From: Thermoanaerobaculia bacterium
GTDB lineage: Bacteria; Acidobacteriota; Thermoanaerobaculia; Multivoradales; Multivoraceae
Length of the DNA: 64,000 nt
Direction of reading: 5' to 3'
Assembly: GCA_963664405.1 (NCBI GenBank)
Contig: OY761158.1
Location: 5,408,001-5,472,000 of the forward strand
A program made the translations under genes and the position numbers. Below the pieces are notes generated by a model. It was given only the letters and a program-made list of their open reading frames with translations. It searched no databases and was not told where the DNA came from. Below are positions 10,006 through 19,522 of this stretch, piece by piece. The first letter of the stretch is position 1, and each line of letters opens with the position of its first letter.

Positions 10006-10530
10006 ATGACCCTCTGGTTGGCCGTTATCGGCGCCCTCACGGTAGCCTTCCTCACTTTTGCGTTCGGCTGGTACGCAAGGGGTCGTAAGACGGAGCCGTC
10101 TGGAAACAAGGGGAAGACTCTTCCAGCCGGTGTCGGAGATTCCACGATCCGTGCCTACTTCATTCCCAAAAAATGGTCACCAGGCGGCGGCGGGGCCTCG
10201 AAGAAGATGGAGGCACTGGAGGGGAAGCAGTATCGCAGTGCGCAGGTCGAGATGGAGGAGGGACCTCAGGTCGGCAATCACTGGCCGCTGCTTGCGGGCC
10301 GAACTCGTCTCGGTCGCGAGGCGGACAATCACGTCGTCCTCGACGACGAGCGGATCTCGCTCTATCACGCACAGATTAGTGTGCGCGACGGCGTTTTTTG
10401 GCTGGAGGACCTGGGTAGCACCAACGGTACTTTCATAGGTGAGGACAAGAGGGTGATGAAGCCCTATCCACTCGAGGACGGAGACCAGATTCGCATTGGC
10501 GGAGTCTTGATGGTCTTCCGCGGGGTCTAG
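10006..10530 (+). CDS. Membrane-anchored FHA-domain protein
   Basis: N-terminal TM helix; LGR...ISLYHA...LEDLGSTNGTF...L.DGD.IRIG. Confidence 0.9.
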   Translation: MTLWLAVIGALTVAFLTFAFGWYARGRKTEPSGNKGKTLPAGVGDSTIRAYFIPKKWSPGGGGASKKMEALEGKQYRSAQVEMEEGPQVGNHWPLLAGRTRLGREADNHVVLDDERISLYHAQISVRDGVFWLEDLGSTNGTFIGEDKRVMKPYPLEDGDQIRIGGVLMVFRGV

Positions 10531-10587
10531 CCTTGGTCGTCCCCATGCTCCGCGGCAAGACCCGCTCTCGGTAAAAGCGACCAGAGG

Positions 10588-11004
10588 CTATTTGAAGAGC
10601 GCGTCGAAGGCCGCCCGGGGATCTTCTGGACCGCTAGTCTGACCGCCGTCACTCTCGACGGTGATCTTGGCGGCGAAGAGCTCGCATTCGTTGGCCTTTG
10701 TCTTACTCGAGACGCGCTCCTTCAGCGGCTTGCGGCACTCGTTCGGGGCGCCGGTGTCGAAGTACGCGCAGTTAACGCAAGAGTGGAGCGGGGCCCCACA
10801 TTGGGCACAGGCGGCATCGAAGGCCACTCCCTGGAAGATGGGCCAGGCCGTGCCGCAGTCACGGCAGCGGAAGACCTCATTCTTCGGCGCGCCGAGGCCG
10901 CGACCCCGGGGCCCATCGCGAGTGGGTCGTTGCCCTTGGGGCTGCTTGCGCTCAGAGCTGTCGCTTTCGAGGTAGCCACGCTGGCCGTACTTGCGCTCGC
11001 TCAT
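10588..11004 (-). CDS. Cys-rich hypothetical protein (putative metal-binding)
   Basis: Three CxxC pairs plus NEC...NEC; C-terminal AAFDALFK. Confidence 0.6.
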   Translation of the reverse strand: MSERKYGQRGYLESDSSERKQPQGQRPTRDGPRGRGLGAPKNEVFRCRDCGTAWPIFQGVAFDAACAQCGAPLHSCVNCAYFDTGAPNECRKPLKERVSSKTKANECELFAAKITVESDGGQTSGPEDPRAAFDALFK

Positions 11005-11020
11005 GGTGGGGCCGAGGCCT

Positions 11021-11404
11021 CTAGCCTCGTTCTCGTTCCTTGCGCTGGATCGCTGCGAAGTAACTGTCCGCCTCGGCCTCGCTGGCGAAGATCGACTCTC
11101 GCGGCAAGGCGGCGGTGATCGAGAACACCTTTTGGACCGGCCCCTGCATATTGGACATGATGAGCTCGCCGCCGTCGGATCGGAGCCGCTTGTAGGTACC
11201 GATCACAACGCTGATGCCCCGGCTGGCGATGAAAGAGAGCTCTTTCATGTCCAGGGCGATTCTCTTGGCACCGCTTTCCAGGAGCCTTTCGAGCACGTCT
11301 TCGAGGCGTTCCGCCGCTACTGAATCGAGGCGTCCGTCGAGAGCCAGCTCGAAGTGACCCGGTCGCGACTCTCTTGATTGGATTTTGAGTGAGGAAGACT
11401 GCAT
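11021..11404 (-). CDS. STAS-domain anti-sigma factor antagonist
   Basis: GRLDS and LDMKELSFIASRG motifs. Confidence 0.85.
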   Translation of the reverse strand: MQSSSLKIQSRESRPGHFELALDGRLDSVAAERLEDVLERLLESGAKRIALDMKELSFIASRGISVVIGTYKRLRSDGGELIMSNMQGPVQKVFSITAALPRESIFASEAEADSYFAAIQRKERERG

Positions 11405-11487
11405 GTCTGGGGCCCCCCGCCGCCGTAGGGCGGCTGCCTCGACCGAGGATCTGTTTAGAACACGGTAGGTTCAGCGGCATCCTGACA

Positions 11488-12795
11488 TCAGCTCAGATCG
11501 GGTGTCAATGGCGTTGCAAGAGGGAGGTCGCGGTAGTCTTTCGGGTGCTCTGCGCGTCCCCTCTTGACCGCGAAGTGGAGCTCCCTCCATTCCCGAGGCA
11601 GAGGGAGGGAGCCACACTGGAGTGAGAGCTCGTCGCTGTATTCGAGCTGGTAGTCGCCGTACCTGAAGTAGTGCCGACTCGAGACCCCTCGAAGCTCGAG
11701 GCGGCGCTCTTTCTCCGCCACCCAGGCTTCTCTCTCTGAGCTCGCCGGCAGGGTAACGCGTCCTGCGAGGAGGCGTGCGAACCAGCGGGCCTGGAGCTCG
11801 AAGAGCGGGAAGGGCACGATCATGAAAGGCAGGCCAACGAAAGCGAGGGAAGGAAGATCGGCGACCACGAGGTCGAGATATAGAGGATGTACGCGGCCAT
11901 CTTCGACAGTGACGAGCTGTGGACTCTTCGGAAGGAAGGGAAAGTCGTGTCGATACCCGGTGCATAAGAGAAGGACGTCGGTGCTCGGCATTCGACTTGC
12001 GTCCGCAAAGTGGAGCGCGCCGTCGCTCTCAACCTCGAGAAGAGGGGCGTGGACCTGGGCGCCGGGGAAGAACGCGCGGCCGTCAGGCCCGTCGCGGCAG
12101 GAGACATGAACGGTAGCACCGGCCGAGACGAGCTCCAAAGAGAGGTCGGCTGCGGAGGCGCCGCCGCCCAGAATGAGGACCGTTGCGCTCGTATAGCCCT
12201 CCGGGCCTCGGTAGTTACGGCTGTGGAGCAGGCGGCCTGGAAAGTGCTCGAGGCCCGCTAGGGGTGGCAGCCGAGGTACCGAATAGTGACCGTTGCACAC
12301 GGCTACCGCGTCAAAGATCTCTGGCGCTGTTGGGGTGCCATTGCGCTCGAAGTGAAGCCGCCATCGCACGCCGGTGTACTCGCCAGCCTCTCTGCCTCGT
12401 TGCCAGTCTTGACCGCTGGCCAGCACCGGGCGGAGCGCACTCAGGCGATGGCCGAGGCGCAGATAGCGCTCGATCTGGTGGTGCTCGGCGAAGTCGCGGA
12501 GGTAGCCGAGGACCTCCGCATGCCCGGGGAACCGCGGCTGTCCCGGAAAGGGGTAGTCCCCGAAGCACATCAAGTCGCGCGGCAGATTGGTCCGCAGTGA
12601 GCGGTACAGAGAGCTCGTCGCGCGGGTGAGCTTCGGGTCTCGTGAAAGCGGATCCTGGTCAACGGCCTCGTCGTACTTCCAGAGCCCGCCGATGGACTCC
12701 GACTGTTCGAACAGGCTCACCTCATGAGCCGCGCGAGCAAGCTCGCGGGCAGTTACGAGTCCCGCGGCGCCGGCACCGATGACAGCGACCTTCAT
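11488..12795 (-). CDS. Flavin-containing monooxygenase (FMO-like)
   Basis: Start at MKVAVIGAGAAG; LRTNLP, VCNGHYSVP, FxGxxxHSxxY (FPGRLLHSRNY) and CTGY motifs. Confidence 0.9.
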   Translation of the reverse strand: MKVAVIGAGAAGLVTARELARAAHEVSLFEQSESIGGLWKYDEAVDQDPLSRDPKLTRATSSLYRSLRTNLPRDLMCFGDYPFPGQPRFPGHAEVLGYLRDFAEHHQIERYLRLGHRLSALRPVLASGQDWQRGREAGEYTGVRWRLHFERNGTPTAPEIFDAVAVCNGHYSVPRLPPLAGLEHFPGRLLHSRNYRGPEGYTSATVLILGGGASAADLSLELVSAGATVHVSCRDGPDGRAFFPGAQVHAPLLEVESDGALHFADASRMPSTDVLLLCTGYRHDFPFLPKSPQLVTVEDGRVHPLYLDLVVADLPSLAFVGLPFMIVPFPLFELQARWFARLLAGRVTLPASSEREAWVAEKERRLELRGVSSRHYFRYGDYQLEYSDELSLQCGSLPLPREWRELHFAVKRGRAEHPKDYRDLPLATPLTPDLS

Positions 12796-14063
12796 ACTCT
12801 GTCGGCCGCCTCGCTGCGCTCTATGGGGAGGACTACCAAGCTCCACAGGACTCCGGCTGCAAGGAGCGTAAGGCCGAAGACGAGGAAGGCCCCTCGGAGA
12901 TCGAGGATGCCGCGGTCTATGAGCATGCTGGCGACGAAGATCGAGGTCGCGTCGGCAAGAGTGAGCATCAGCCACTCGGTGGCGAAGACGCGCCCTCGGA
13001 AGCGATCCACCGTCCTGCGTTGGAGAAGGATGGTTGAAAGCACCCATTGAGTGCCTCCAGCGGTGTGGGCGATCCCAACCAGTGCGGCGACTGCCCAGGT
13101 CCATGGCAGGAAGCTCAGCGCGGCGTAGCACAGCCCGGCGAAGGCGAGGCAAGCGCCGATCACCGTCGGCCAGTACCTGGAGTCGCGGAACAGAATTCGC
13201 GCAGAGAAGGGGCCGACGCCGGTGCCGATACCTCGCACAGCAAGAAGAAAGCCAATGGCTGCCGACGGTGAAGTCGGCGACATCTCACGACCGAGAAGTG
13301 CGAGCAAGTAGATGAGCGCGCCGCCGCCGAGTGACCAAGTGGCCTTGACCAGCGCGATTCGGGCAACTGCCGGGCTCTCGATGAGATGCCGCCAGCCTTC
13401 GACGATGCCGGCGGCCGCGAGACGCAGAATCGGGCCTTCTTCGACTGGGTCGGTACGCTGTGGTATCGCCGTCCGGTAGATGAAGAAGGCGGAGACGAGA
13501 TAGCTCAGACTATCGATGACGAAGACGGCGTCCGTGCCGAGCCATTCAGTGACCAGTCCTCCTGCAGCGGCTCCTGCCGCGAGCATGAACGACCAGGTCA
13601 CTGAAGTGAGTGCATTGGCGGTGACCAGCTCTCGTGGCGAAACGACTGACGGAATGGCGGCGCTGCGAGCAGGCTCGAAGACCGCTCCGACGATGACTTG
13701 GAGGGCGGTCAGGCCGAATATGAGCTCGACGTATCCGACCGTCTCGACGGTCAGAAAGCCCAGTACTACCAGGGCCCTCAACAGGTCCGAGGCGATCATC
13801 ACTCGCCTGCGGTTGAGACGGTCGACCAGGATCCCGGCAATCGGCGAGGCGAGAGCCCACGGCAGCATCTTGGCGATGAAAACCGTGCCCAGAGCCATCG
13901 GCGAGCCGGTGAGCTTCGCGACCAGAGCGTAGATGGCGAGAGTATTGAACCAATCGCCAAGCAGAGAAACGACGCTACCGATCCACAACCGTCGAAAGTC
14001 GACGTTGTTGCGGATCAGTTCGCCGTAGCCGGCCGGGTCCTCCTCTGCACTGCGCGCCGTCAC
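12792..14063 (-). CDS. MFS transporter
   Basis: About 12 hydrophobic segments; FRRLWIG...SLLGDWF and DRLNRRRVMIASD. Confidence 0.9.
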   Translation of the reverse strand: MTARSAEEDPAGYGELIRNNVDFRRLWIGSVVSLLGDWFNTLAIYALVAKLTGSPMALGTVFIAKMLPWALASPIAGILVDRLNRRRVMIASDLLRALVVLGFLTVETVGYVELIFGLTALQVIVGAVFEPARSAAIPSVVSPRELVTANALTSVTWSFMLAAGAAAGGLVTEWLGTDAVFVIDSLSYLVSAFFIYRTAIPQRTDPVEEGPILRLAAAGIVEGWRHLIESPAVARIALVKATWSLGGGALIYLLALLGREMSPTSPSAAIGFLLAVRGIGTGVGPFSARILFRDSRYWPTVIGACLAFAGLCYAALSFLPWTWAVAALVGIAHTAGGTQWVLSTILLQRRTVDRFRGRVFATEWLMLTLADATSIFVASMLIDRGILDLRGAFLVFGLTLLAAGVLWSLVVLPIERSEAADRV

Positions 14064-14108
14064 CGGCGGCAGTGTAGAGGACCGTCAGGCGCAGTCAAAG
14101 TCGCGCCG

Positions 14109-15278
14109 CTAGTTGGTGAGGTTGAAGTCCTTGTCGCTCTCGAGAATCTCGATGGCCGTGTCCAGGTTCCCTTGGTTGAGCGGATCGGGAGCCTGGGAGC
14201 GCGCCATTCGGGCGTAGTGGAGCGCCTTCTTGTAATCCCCCTCGGCGGAGTAGACCCGGGCCATGCCCACGGTTACCGGCCACGTCTCGTCACCGAAGCG
14301 CTTGGCGTTCAGTTTGAACATCTCCAGTGCGTCGTCCAGGCTCCCCTGCATCTGAAGCTGGCGTGCGGCACCGTGGATCTGCTGTGCTGTGGTGCCTGGG
14401 TTGTTGACCGCAACCGTCATGGTCTCCTTGGCTTCGGTGTCACGGCCGAGGGCCGATAAAACCTGCGCCTTGGTCGAGAGGGTGGTGAAATTCGCCTGCC
14501 CGACGAAGGGGGTGGTGATGGAGACCTCGGCCCACTCGAGTGCTTCGTCGAGGTTGGTGTTGTTCTGCAGGCAGTAGACGACGGCGGCGTTCCACGATTG
14601 CCAGGTGAAGCCGGCGGCGGAGCGGAGCTCGTCGCGCATGGTGTCGACATAGAGGTCGACGATGTTCGGCACGCTGATCGTGAAGGGGACGCGCAGGTTC
14701 TCCCAGTGCAGTGCGACCGTGGCCTGGTCGGCCTGGCGATCGACGAAGTCGTAGTTGAGCCACTCTCGGTAGGGTGCTTCCTCAGATTTGGTGTCGACTC
14801 GCAGCGCGTCCTCGGCCGGATCGTAGAAGAAGCTGCCCCACGAAGAGTGGTTGGTGGAGAAGACGATCGTCCACTCCTCCTCGCCCGCGATCATGTGGAG
14901 GCCGTAAGTCCCGGCTGCGAGCGGCTGGCCCTGGACCAGCACGTCATGGGACACGGAGAAGACCGTGTTTGCGTTCGCCCCTGCCCGCCAGGGCCCTGGG
15001 TTGCCATTGCCGAAGCCAAGGTCGGTCAGGCCGTAGGGCACCAGCTGTCCCCAGATCTCGCCGCTGCGATCTTGCCCAGCGGGACCGGTGACGTCAGGAC
15101 TGGAGTAGTCGATACGCACTTCGACCAGGCCGATATTCTGGATCACCGCCGCCTTCTGGTTAGCGCCACTCGGTGGCTGGGTAACGGTCTGAGCCGCGAT
15201 AGGAACCGAGATCGTGGCGAAGATTGTCAACACGCAGAGCCGACGCATCATGGCTTTTCTCATCATTACCTCATCCAC
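14109..15278 (-). CDS. DUF2911-domain exported protein with C-terminal TPR-like repeats
   Basis: Signal peptide; IDYSSP.V...IWG.LVPYG...PWRAGAN.NT...AGTY.L. Start codon uncertain. Confidence 0.8.
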   Translation of the reverse strand: MDEVMMRKAMMRRLCVLTIFATISVPIAAQTVTQPPSGANQKAAVIQNIGLVEVRIDYSSPDVTGPAGQDRSGEIWGQLVPYGLTDLGFGNGNPGPWRAGANANTVFSVSHDVLVQGQPLAAGTYGLHMIAGEEEWTIVFSTNHSSWGSFFYDPAEDALRVDTKSEEAPYREWLNYDFVDRQADQATVALHWENLRVPFTISVPNIVDLYVDTMRDELRSAAGFTWQSWNAAVVYCLQNNTNLDEALEWAEVSITTPFVGQANFTTLSTKAQVLSALGRDTEAKETMTVAVNNPGTTAQQIHGAARQLQMQGSLDDALEMFKLNAKRFGDETWPVTVGMARVYSAEGDYKKALHYARMARSQAPDPLNQGNLDTAIEILESDKDFNLTN

Positions 15279-15424
15279 GGTTGTTTGGGGCGGCGCAGAA
15301 CGCCCTCCAGAGAAATACGCGCGAAGCTCAAGAAGGTTCCAGGGACTCGGAGAGAGTGAGATCGTCTGCCTCCCGCTCCGCGCGCCGAGGTTCTGCGCAG
15401 GGTGTCGTATATTAGTCTTTACAC

Positions 15425-16201
15425 ATGCACCGTGAGAGCCTTCGTCGAGGATTGGGCTGGGTCCTGCTGGTGCTCCTCTCCCCCCTCCTGCCTGGAGTGT
15501 TGGAAGCGGGTCCAGCTGAACCTGTCTATCCTACCTACGAGGGCTACGCCCCTAACGAGGACGGTACTGTCACTCTGGTCTTCGGCTATTACAACCCGAG
15601 TCCGGCGACGGTCAACATCCCCGCAGGAGAGGCGAACGGATTTTCACCGGGACCTCCAGACAGAGGCCAACCCACCACCTTCCTTCCCGGACGCCAGCGC
15701 CATGTCTGCCGCATGGTGCTCCCGGCCGACTACGAAGGCAATCTCCTCTGGACGCTGAGCTCGGCCGGCCAGACCATTCCTACTACCGAGCGTGGCGGGG
15801 TGGACCAGCTCTATCTTCTCGAGGAGAGCGGTACTGCCGCGAGAGCGGCTCGAGAGATCGACACGGCCAAAGCGGTGCACGGCACCTGCATCAACCGCTC
15901 TCCGGTGGTCTCGGCGGGCTCGGACAGGGACACTGTGCTCGCTGCGGGTGTCGGTCTGCGAGCCTTGGTGCGGGACGACGGCCTGCCTCGGGGTAGCGTA
16001 CTCGAATTGCAGTGGTCGCTGACGGCGGGTCCGAGACCGGTCTCCTTCTCGAATCCCGCGAGTGCTCTTACGGAGGTTTCCTTCACAGCTGCGGGAACGT
16101 ACACTCTCGAGTTGAGAGTAAGTGACGGAGAGAAGCAGTCGAGTGATGTCGTGATCGTGAAGGTTGCCGAAGAGGCAGCTCGCTCGTTGGCCGCGCGCTA
16201 G
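15425..16201 (+). CDS. Exported hypothetical protein with C-terminal PKD-like domain
   Basis: Signal-like N-terminus; YEGY..NEDGT.TL.FGYYN, GQPT.FLPGRQ, DDGLP and F..AGTYTLEL.VSDG. Confidence 0.65.
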   Translation: MHRESLRRGLGWVLLVLLSPLLPGVLEAGPAEPVYPTYEGYAPNEDGTVTLVFGYYNPSPATVNIPAGEANGFSPGPPDRGQPTTFLPGRQRHVCRMVLPADYEGNLLWTLSSAGQTIPTTERGGVDQLYLLEESGTAARAAREIDTAKAVHGTCINRSPVVSAGSDRDTVLAAGVGLRALVRDDGLPRGSVLELQWSLTAGPRPVSFSNPASALTEVSFTAAGTYTLELRVSDGEKQSSDVVIVKVAEEAARSLAAR

Positions 16202-16626
16202 CGGAGTGGATCGTCCCAGCGCAGGCCCTCGAAGCGGCCGAAGTCACCATCAGTGCTGCAGAGTACGAGGCCGTGCTCGATCGCAAGCGCCGCGAGATGG
16301 GCGTCCATGACCAGCCCGCCGGTCACCGAGCTCTCTCGAAGCAGGCTGGCCAACACCTCGTGATGGCGGGTTGTCGGAGCCGGGATCCAGACTTGAGGCA
16401 GGCTGAGCCAAGAATCGACCTGATCCCAGGCCTCCGCGATCGGCAAGGGGCTGGGGAAGAGGCGGGGGTTTGTCAGGATGCGGAGAAAGGCCAGCAGCGA
16501 AGGCCAGGGAAGACCGACGCGGGCTCGATCGTTGAGCTTTTCATCGAGCCAGTTGCGGGCGACCAGGTGCTGAGGATAGTCCGAGACCTTGGCGTAGAGT
16601 AGAAGGTTCGCGTCGATGAGGATCAC
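16198..16626 (-). CDS. vapC: VapC PIN-domain toxin
   Basis: ILIDANLLLYA, DAHLAALAIEHG and STDGDFGRF motifs. Confidence 0.92.
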   Translation of the reverse strand: MILIDANLLLYAKVSDYPQHLVARNWLDEKLNDRARVGLPWPSLLAFLRILTNPRLFPSPLPIAEAWDQVDSWLSLPQVWIPAPTTRHHEVLASLLRESSVTGGLVMDAHLAALAIEHGLVLCSTDGDFGRFEGLRWDDPLR

Positions 16627-16877
16627 CGGCGTAGATCCCCCTCGGCGACCGACAAGACTTCTGAGATGTTGTCAATGTTGGGAAGGCGTGGCTCGCCGAG
16701 AGACACCGGCTTTGTCCGGTAGGGCTTCTCGCTGCGTGGCCCCGGCTCCTGGCTCAATGCCAGCAGACCCGCGCGCAGCGCCTCGTTGAGAACGGAGCGA
16801 AACTTCTCGTTGCGCTCTCGGCACAGCTCCTTGAGCTCGTTGTATGTGTCGTCGTCGAGGGTGAGCGTTGTCCTCAT
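16623..16877 (-). CDS. vapB: VapB-type RHH antitoxin
   Basis: MRTTLTLDDD...NEALRAGL; 4-bp overlap with vapC. Confidence 0.85.
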   Translation of the reverse strand: MRTTLTLDDDTYNELKELCRERNEKFRSVLNEALRAGLLALSQEPGPRSEKPYRTKPVSLGEPRLPNIDNISEVLSVAEGDLRR

Positions 16878-16954
16878 GCATCAAAGCATAAGAATCTGAT
16901 GCTTTGATGTCAATGAAGGATCGATCGCTTGTGAGACCGTCGACGGCCCTAACG

Positions 16955-18310
16955 CTATCCTCCCGTGCGCGGACGCCTGCTCACATGATCCTCGTACTCG
17001 TCTTCTGTGAGGTAGACGAAATTGGTCCAGCCGATCGCCATGTCGTCGATGGTGCGAGCGCCCCAGCCAACCCAGGCGGTGGGGTCGGGATTGTGGCGGT
17101 TGGCCTCCGAGTTGTCGTGCCAAGAGGTGACGTGCAGGACGGTGCCTGCCGGGAACACCGGCGGATCTTTGTAGGGGTAGGCGACCTGCCAGTTGAAGTC
17201 GTAGTTGTCGATCACGGTCAAGGGCTCGCGGCGGCCGTCGAGATGGATCGCCTCCAGCGCCATCGCCTTGCCTCGATAGTGCATATGGGCCTGGAAGCTG
17301 ATGATCTTCGTCGGCCGCGGAAGCACGCGGTATCCGTCGTGGCGCACATTGGGAGCGCCCGGAGGAATGCTGAGCTCGTTGAGGCGGCCCTCGGCATTGG
17401 GGAGCCCGGCGAAGATGCGAGTGGAGATCACTCGGCGCGTGGGTACGACTCCCTCGGGGTAGAACCCGAAGCCAACCCGGAGACGGTCGTGGATCTCGTC
17501 GCCGACCGGGTGGTAGTGGGGCCTGAAGCGGACCTTGGCGCCAGCCATGAGGAGCTTGCCGGTGCCCTCGGAGTAGATGTCGCCGGTATTGCCGACCGCA
17601 TACTCGATCAGCAGCGAACCACGGAGAGCGCCGTCCGCCCCGACGCGGGTGGGATCGTCATCGGCTTCGATCCGGTCGTCGCCGATGTATTCGGCGTCGT
17701 CCTGCATTGCGTAGACGATGACGTGATGCACCGACCGGCGGCCCTCGATACTCGGCTTGACCTCGATCCACTTGATGTAGCGATCCTGCTCGAGTCCGGT
17801 GTCGGCGACAAAGCTGGTGAAGAGATCCGGGCCCTCGGCGGGGACCACCATCTCTTCGTCCATCTCGACCACTAGATCGGGCTCGCCGAATTCCCAGTCT
17901 TCCTCTGCCGGCCATTGGATTGGCGGAGGTAGCTCGGCGGGATCGCCTTCCGGCGCGCCGGCGTCGACCCAGCGGGCAATGGTCGTGATCTCTTCGTCAC
18001 GGAGCGAGGGATCTGGGTCGTACTCGCCGATCGAGCGATCGATATGCCACGGCGGCATCTCGCGGCTCACCACGCGCTTCTTGATCGATCTCGCCCAGGG
18101 CCGGGACGAGGTGTAGGTCCCGAGCGACATTGGCGCCGGACTGTCTTGGCGATGACAGCGCTCACAAGAGCGCTGGAAAATAGGCGCTATGTCTCTACTG
18201 AAGGTCGGCGCCTCGATCGCATCACGCGCGCTCTCGGCTGCCGACGCCGGAAGCGACCCTGCGATCGCGGCAGCGACACCGATCAAGAGTATGGAGCGAG
18301 ATCCCTTCAT
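16955..18310 (-). CDS. Exported cytochrome c fused to a copper type II ascorbate-dependent monooxygenase-like region
   Basis: Signal peptide; PTFSRDIAPI...CERCH; MPPW; VHHVIV; HYH; AHMHYRGK; YDFNWQ; DDM. Confidence 0.7.
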   Translation of the reverse strand: MKGSRSILLIGVAAAIAGSLPASAAESARDAIEAPTFSRDIAPIFQRSCERCHRQDSPAPMSLGTYTSSRPWARSIKKRVVSREMPPWHIDRSIGEYDPDPSLRDEEITTIARWVDAGAPEGDPAELPPPIQWPAEEDWEFGEPDLVVEMDEEMVVPAEGPDLFTSFVADTGLEQDRYIKWIEVKPSIEGRRSVHHVIVYAMQDDAEYIGDDRIEADDDPTRVGADGALRGSLLIEYAVGNTGDIYSEGTGKLLMAGAKVRFRPHYHPVGDEIHDRLRVGFGFYPEGVVPTRRVISTRIFAGLPNAEGRLNELSIPPGAPNVRHDGYRVLPRPTKIISFQAHMHYRGKAMALEAIHLDGRREPLTVIDNYDFNWQVAYPYKDPPVFPAGTVLHVTSWHDNSEANRHNPDPTAWVGWGARTIDDMAIGWTNFVYLTEDEYEDHVSRRPRTGG

Positions 18311-18374
18311 GGCTGTCTCCTCGAAGCAGATGTTGCGTCGTCGAGGTTAGCACCTCGGTGACGCAGAGGGCAGC

Positions 18375-19019
18375 TCAGCGCTTGCGGATCTGGTAGACAC
18401 AGCGAGTGTCGCCACTCATCAGATGGGCAGTTCTCGAGATCTCGGCCTCTTCCCCGAGAGCGTGCTGGAAGACTTCGAGCTCGGCGCGACAGAGCCCGGT
18501 GCAGCTGCGCGCCGCTTCACAGATGGGGCAGTGATGCTCGACCAATAGATAGCTGCCGGGCCGTTCGGTGCGCACCTCCGCCATGTAGCCTTCGTCGCTG
18601 CGCAGGCTCGCCAGCGCTTCGACTCGGCTCTTGAGCGACGCCCGCGCCCCCGGCATGCGCTCTCGGTAATCGCTCATCTGTTGGCGGGCTCGGGTATCGA
18701 TGACCCGCTCAACCCCCTCTTCACCGAAAGCCTCGCGCAAGGCCCCGATCAGCCCGACCGTGAGCTCGCCGTGCCGGTCAGGGAAGAGGCCCTCTGCACC
18801 CTCGCTCAAACGCCACTCGGACGAGGGACGACCACGGCCCACGGCCGCTCGCTTCTGCTGGGTCACCAATCCCTGCGCCTCGAGAGAGCTCAGATGCTGG
18901 CGCACCGCAGTACCGGTGAGATCCAGCATCGCGGCTATGTCGGCGGCCGTCGCCGAGCCCGCCCGCTTGAGGATCTCGAGCAGGCGGCGCTTTGCCGGGG
19001 TCAGACCATCGTCACTCAT
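18375..19019 (-). CDS. SufR-like HTH transcriptional regulator with Cys-rich C-terminus
   Basis: HTH (AVRQHL..LE..GLV...GRGRP); EGYMAE and EHHCPI...C..LC..E...C motifs. Confidence 0.8.
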   Translation of the reverse strand: MSDDGLTPAKRRLLEILKRAGSATAADIAAMLDLTGTAVRQHLSSLEAQGLVTQQKRAAVGRGRPSSEWRLSEGAEGLFPDRHGELTVGLIGALREAFGEEGVERVIDTRARQQMSDYRERMPGARASLKSRVEALASLRSDEGYMAEVRTERPGSYLLVEHHCPICEAARSCTGLCRAELEVFQHALGEEAEISRTAHLMSGDTRCVYQIRKR

Positions 19020-19052
19020 CGAAGAGAGCATACTTGAAATATTCTAAATATG

Positions 19053-19103
19053 AAAGTAAACACTTGACTAAATAATGCGTAGAATATATAAAAGTCAACA
19101 CTT
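19053..19103 (+). promoter_or_regulatory. Sigma70-like promoter overlapped by two AAAGTMAACACTT boxes (candidate operator)
   Basis: TTGACT (19064-69), N17, TATAAA (19087-92). Repeats at 19053-19065 and 19091-19103 lie in an AT-rich divergent intergenic region. Confidence 0.6.
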
Positions 19104-19121
19104 TCAAAAAAGGAGACACTC

Positions 19122-19511
19122 ATGTACCTCGAGCACGTCAATCTCACCGTCGCCGATATCGACAGATCCACCGACTTCTACCATCGCCTACTCGACTTCA
19201 GAGTGCGCTGGGAGGGTTACTCTTCGAGTGGTCGCCGAGCCAGCCATATTGGTATCGAGGGCCCCGACGGGACCTACCTGGCACTCTTCGAGGGAGATGC
19301 TCGCGCTCTCGAGATGGATTACCACAAGGTCGGATTCAACCACTTTGGTGTCGTGGTCGACGATCTCGATGCAACCAGAGAGCGGCTCGAAGGTCTGGGA
19401 GCCCAGGTTCACCTCGAAGGCGACTACGAGCCGGGACGCCGCCTCTACTTTCTCGACCCCGATGGCTACGAGGTAGAGTTGGTGGAGTACCCGCAGGAGG
19501 CCGCGAGCTGA
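19122..19511 (+). CDS. VOC/glyoxalase family protein
   Basis: LEHVNLTV.D...S.DFY, NHFGVVVDD and YFLDPDG.EVE motifs. Confidence 0.88.
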   Translation: MYLEHVNLTVADIDRSTDFYHRLLDFRVRWEGYSSSGRRASHIGIEGPDGTYLALFEGDARALEMDYHKVGFNHFGVVVDDLDATRERLEGLGAQVHLEGDYEPGRRLYFLDPDGYEVELVEYPQEAAS

Positions 19512-19522
19512 GCTCCAAACAC

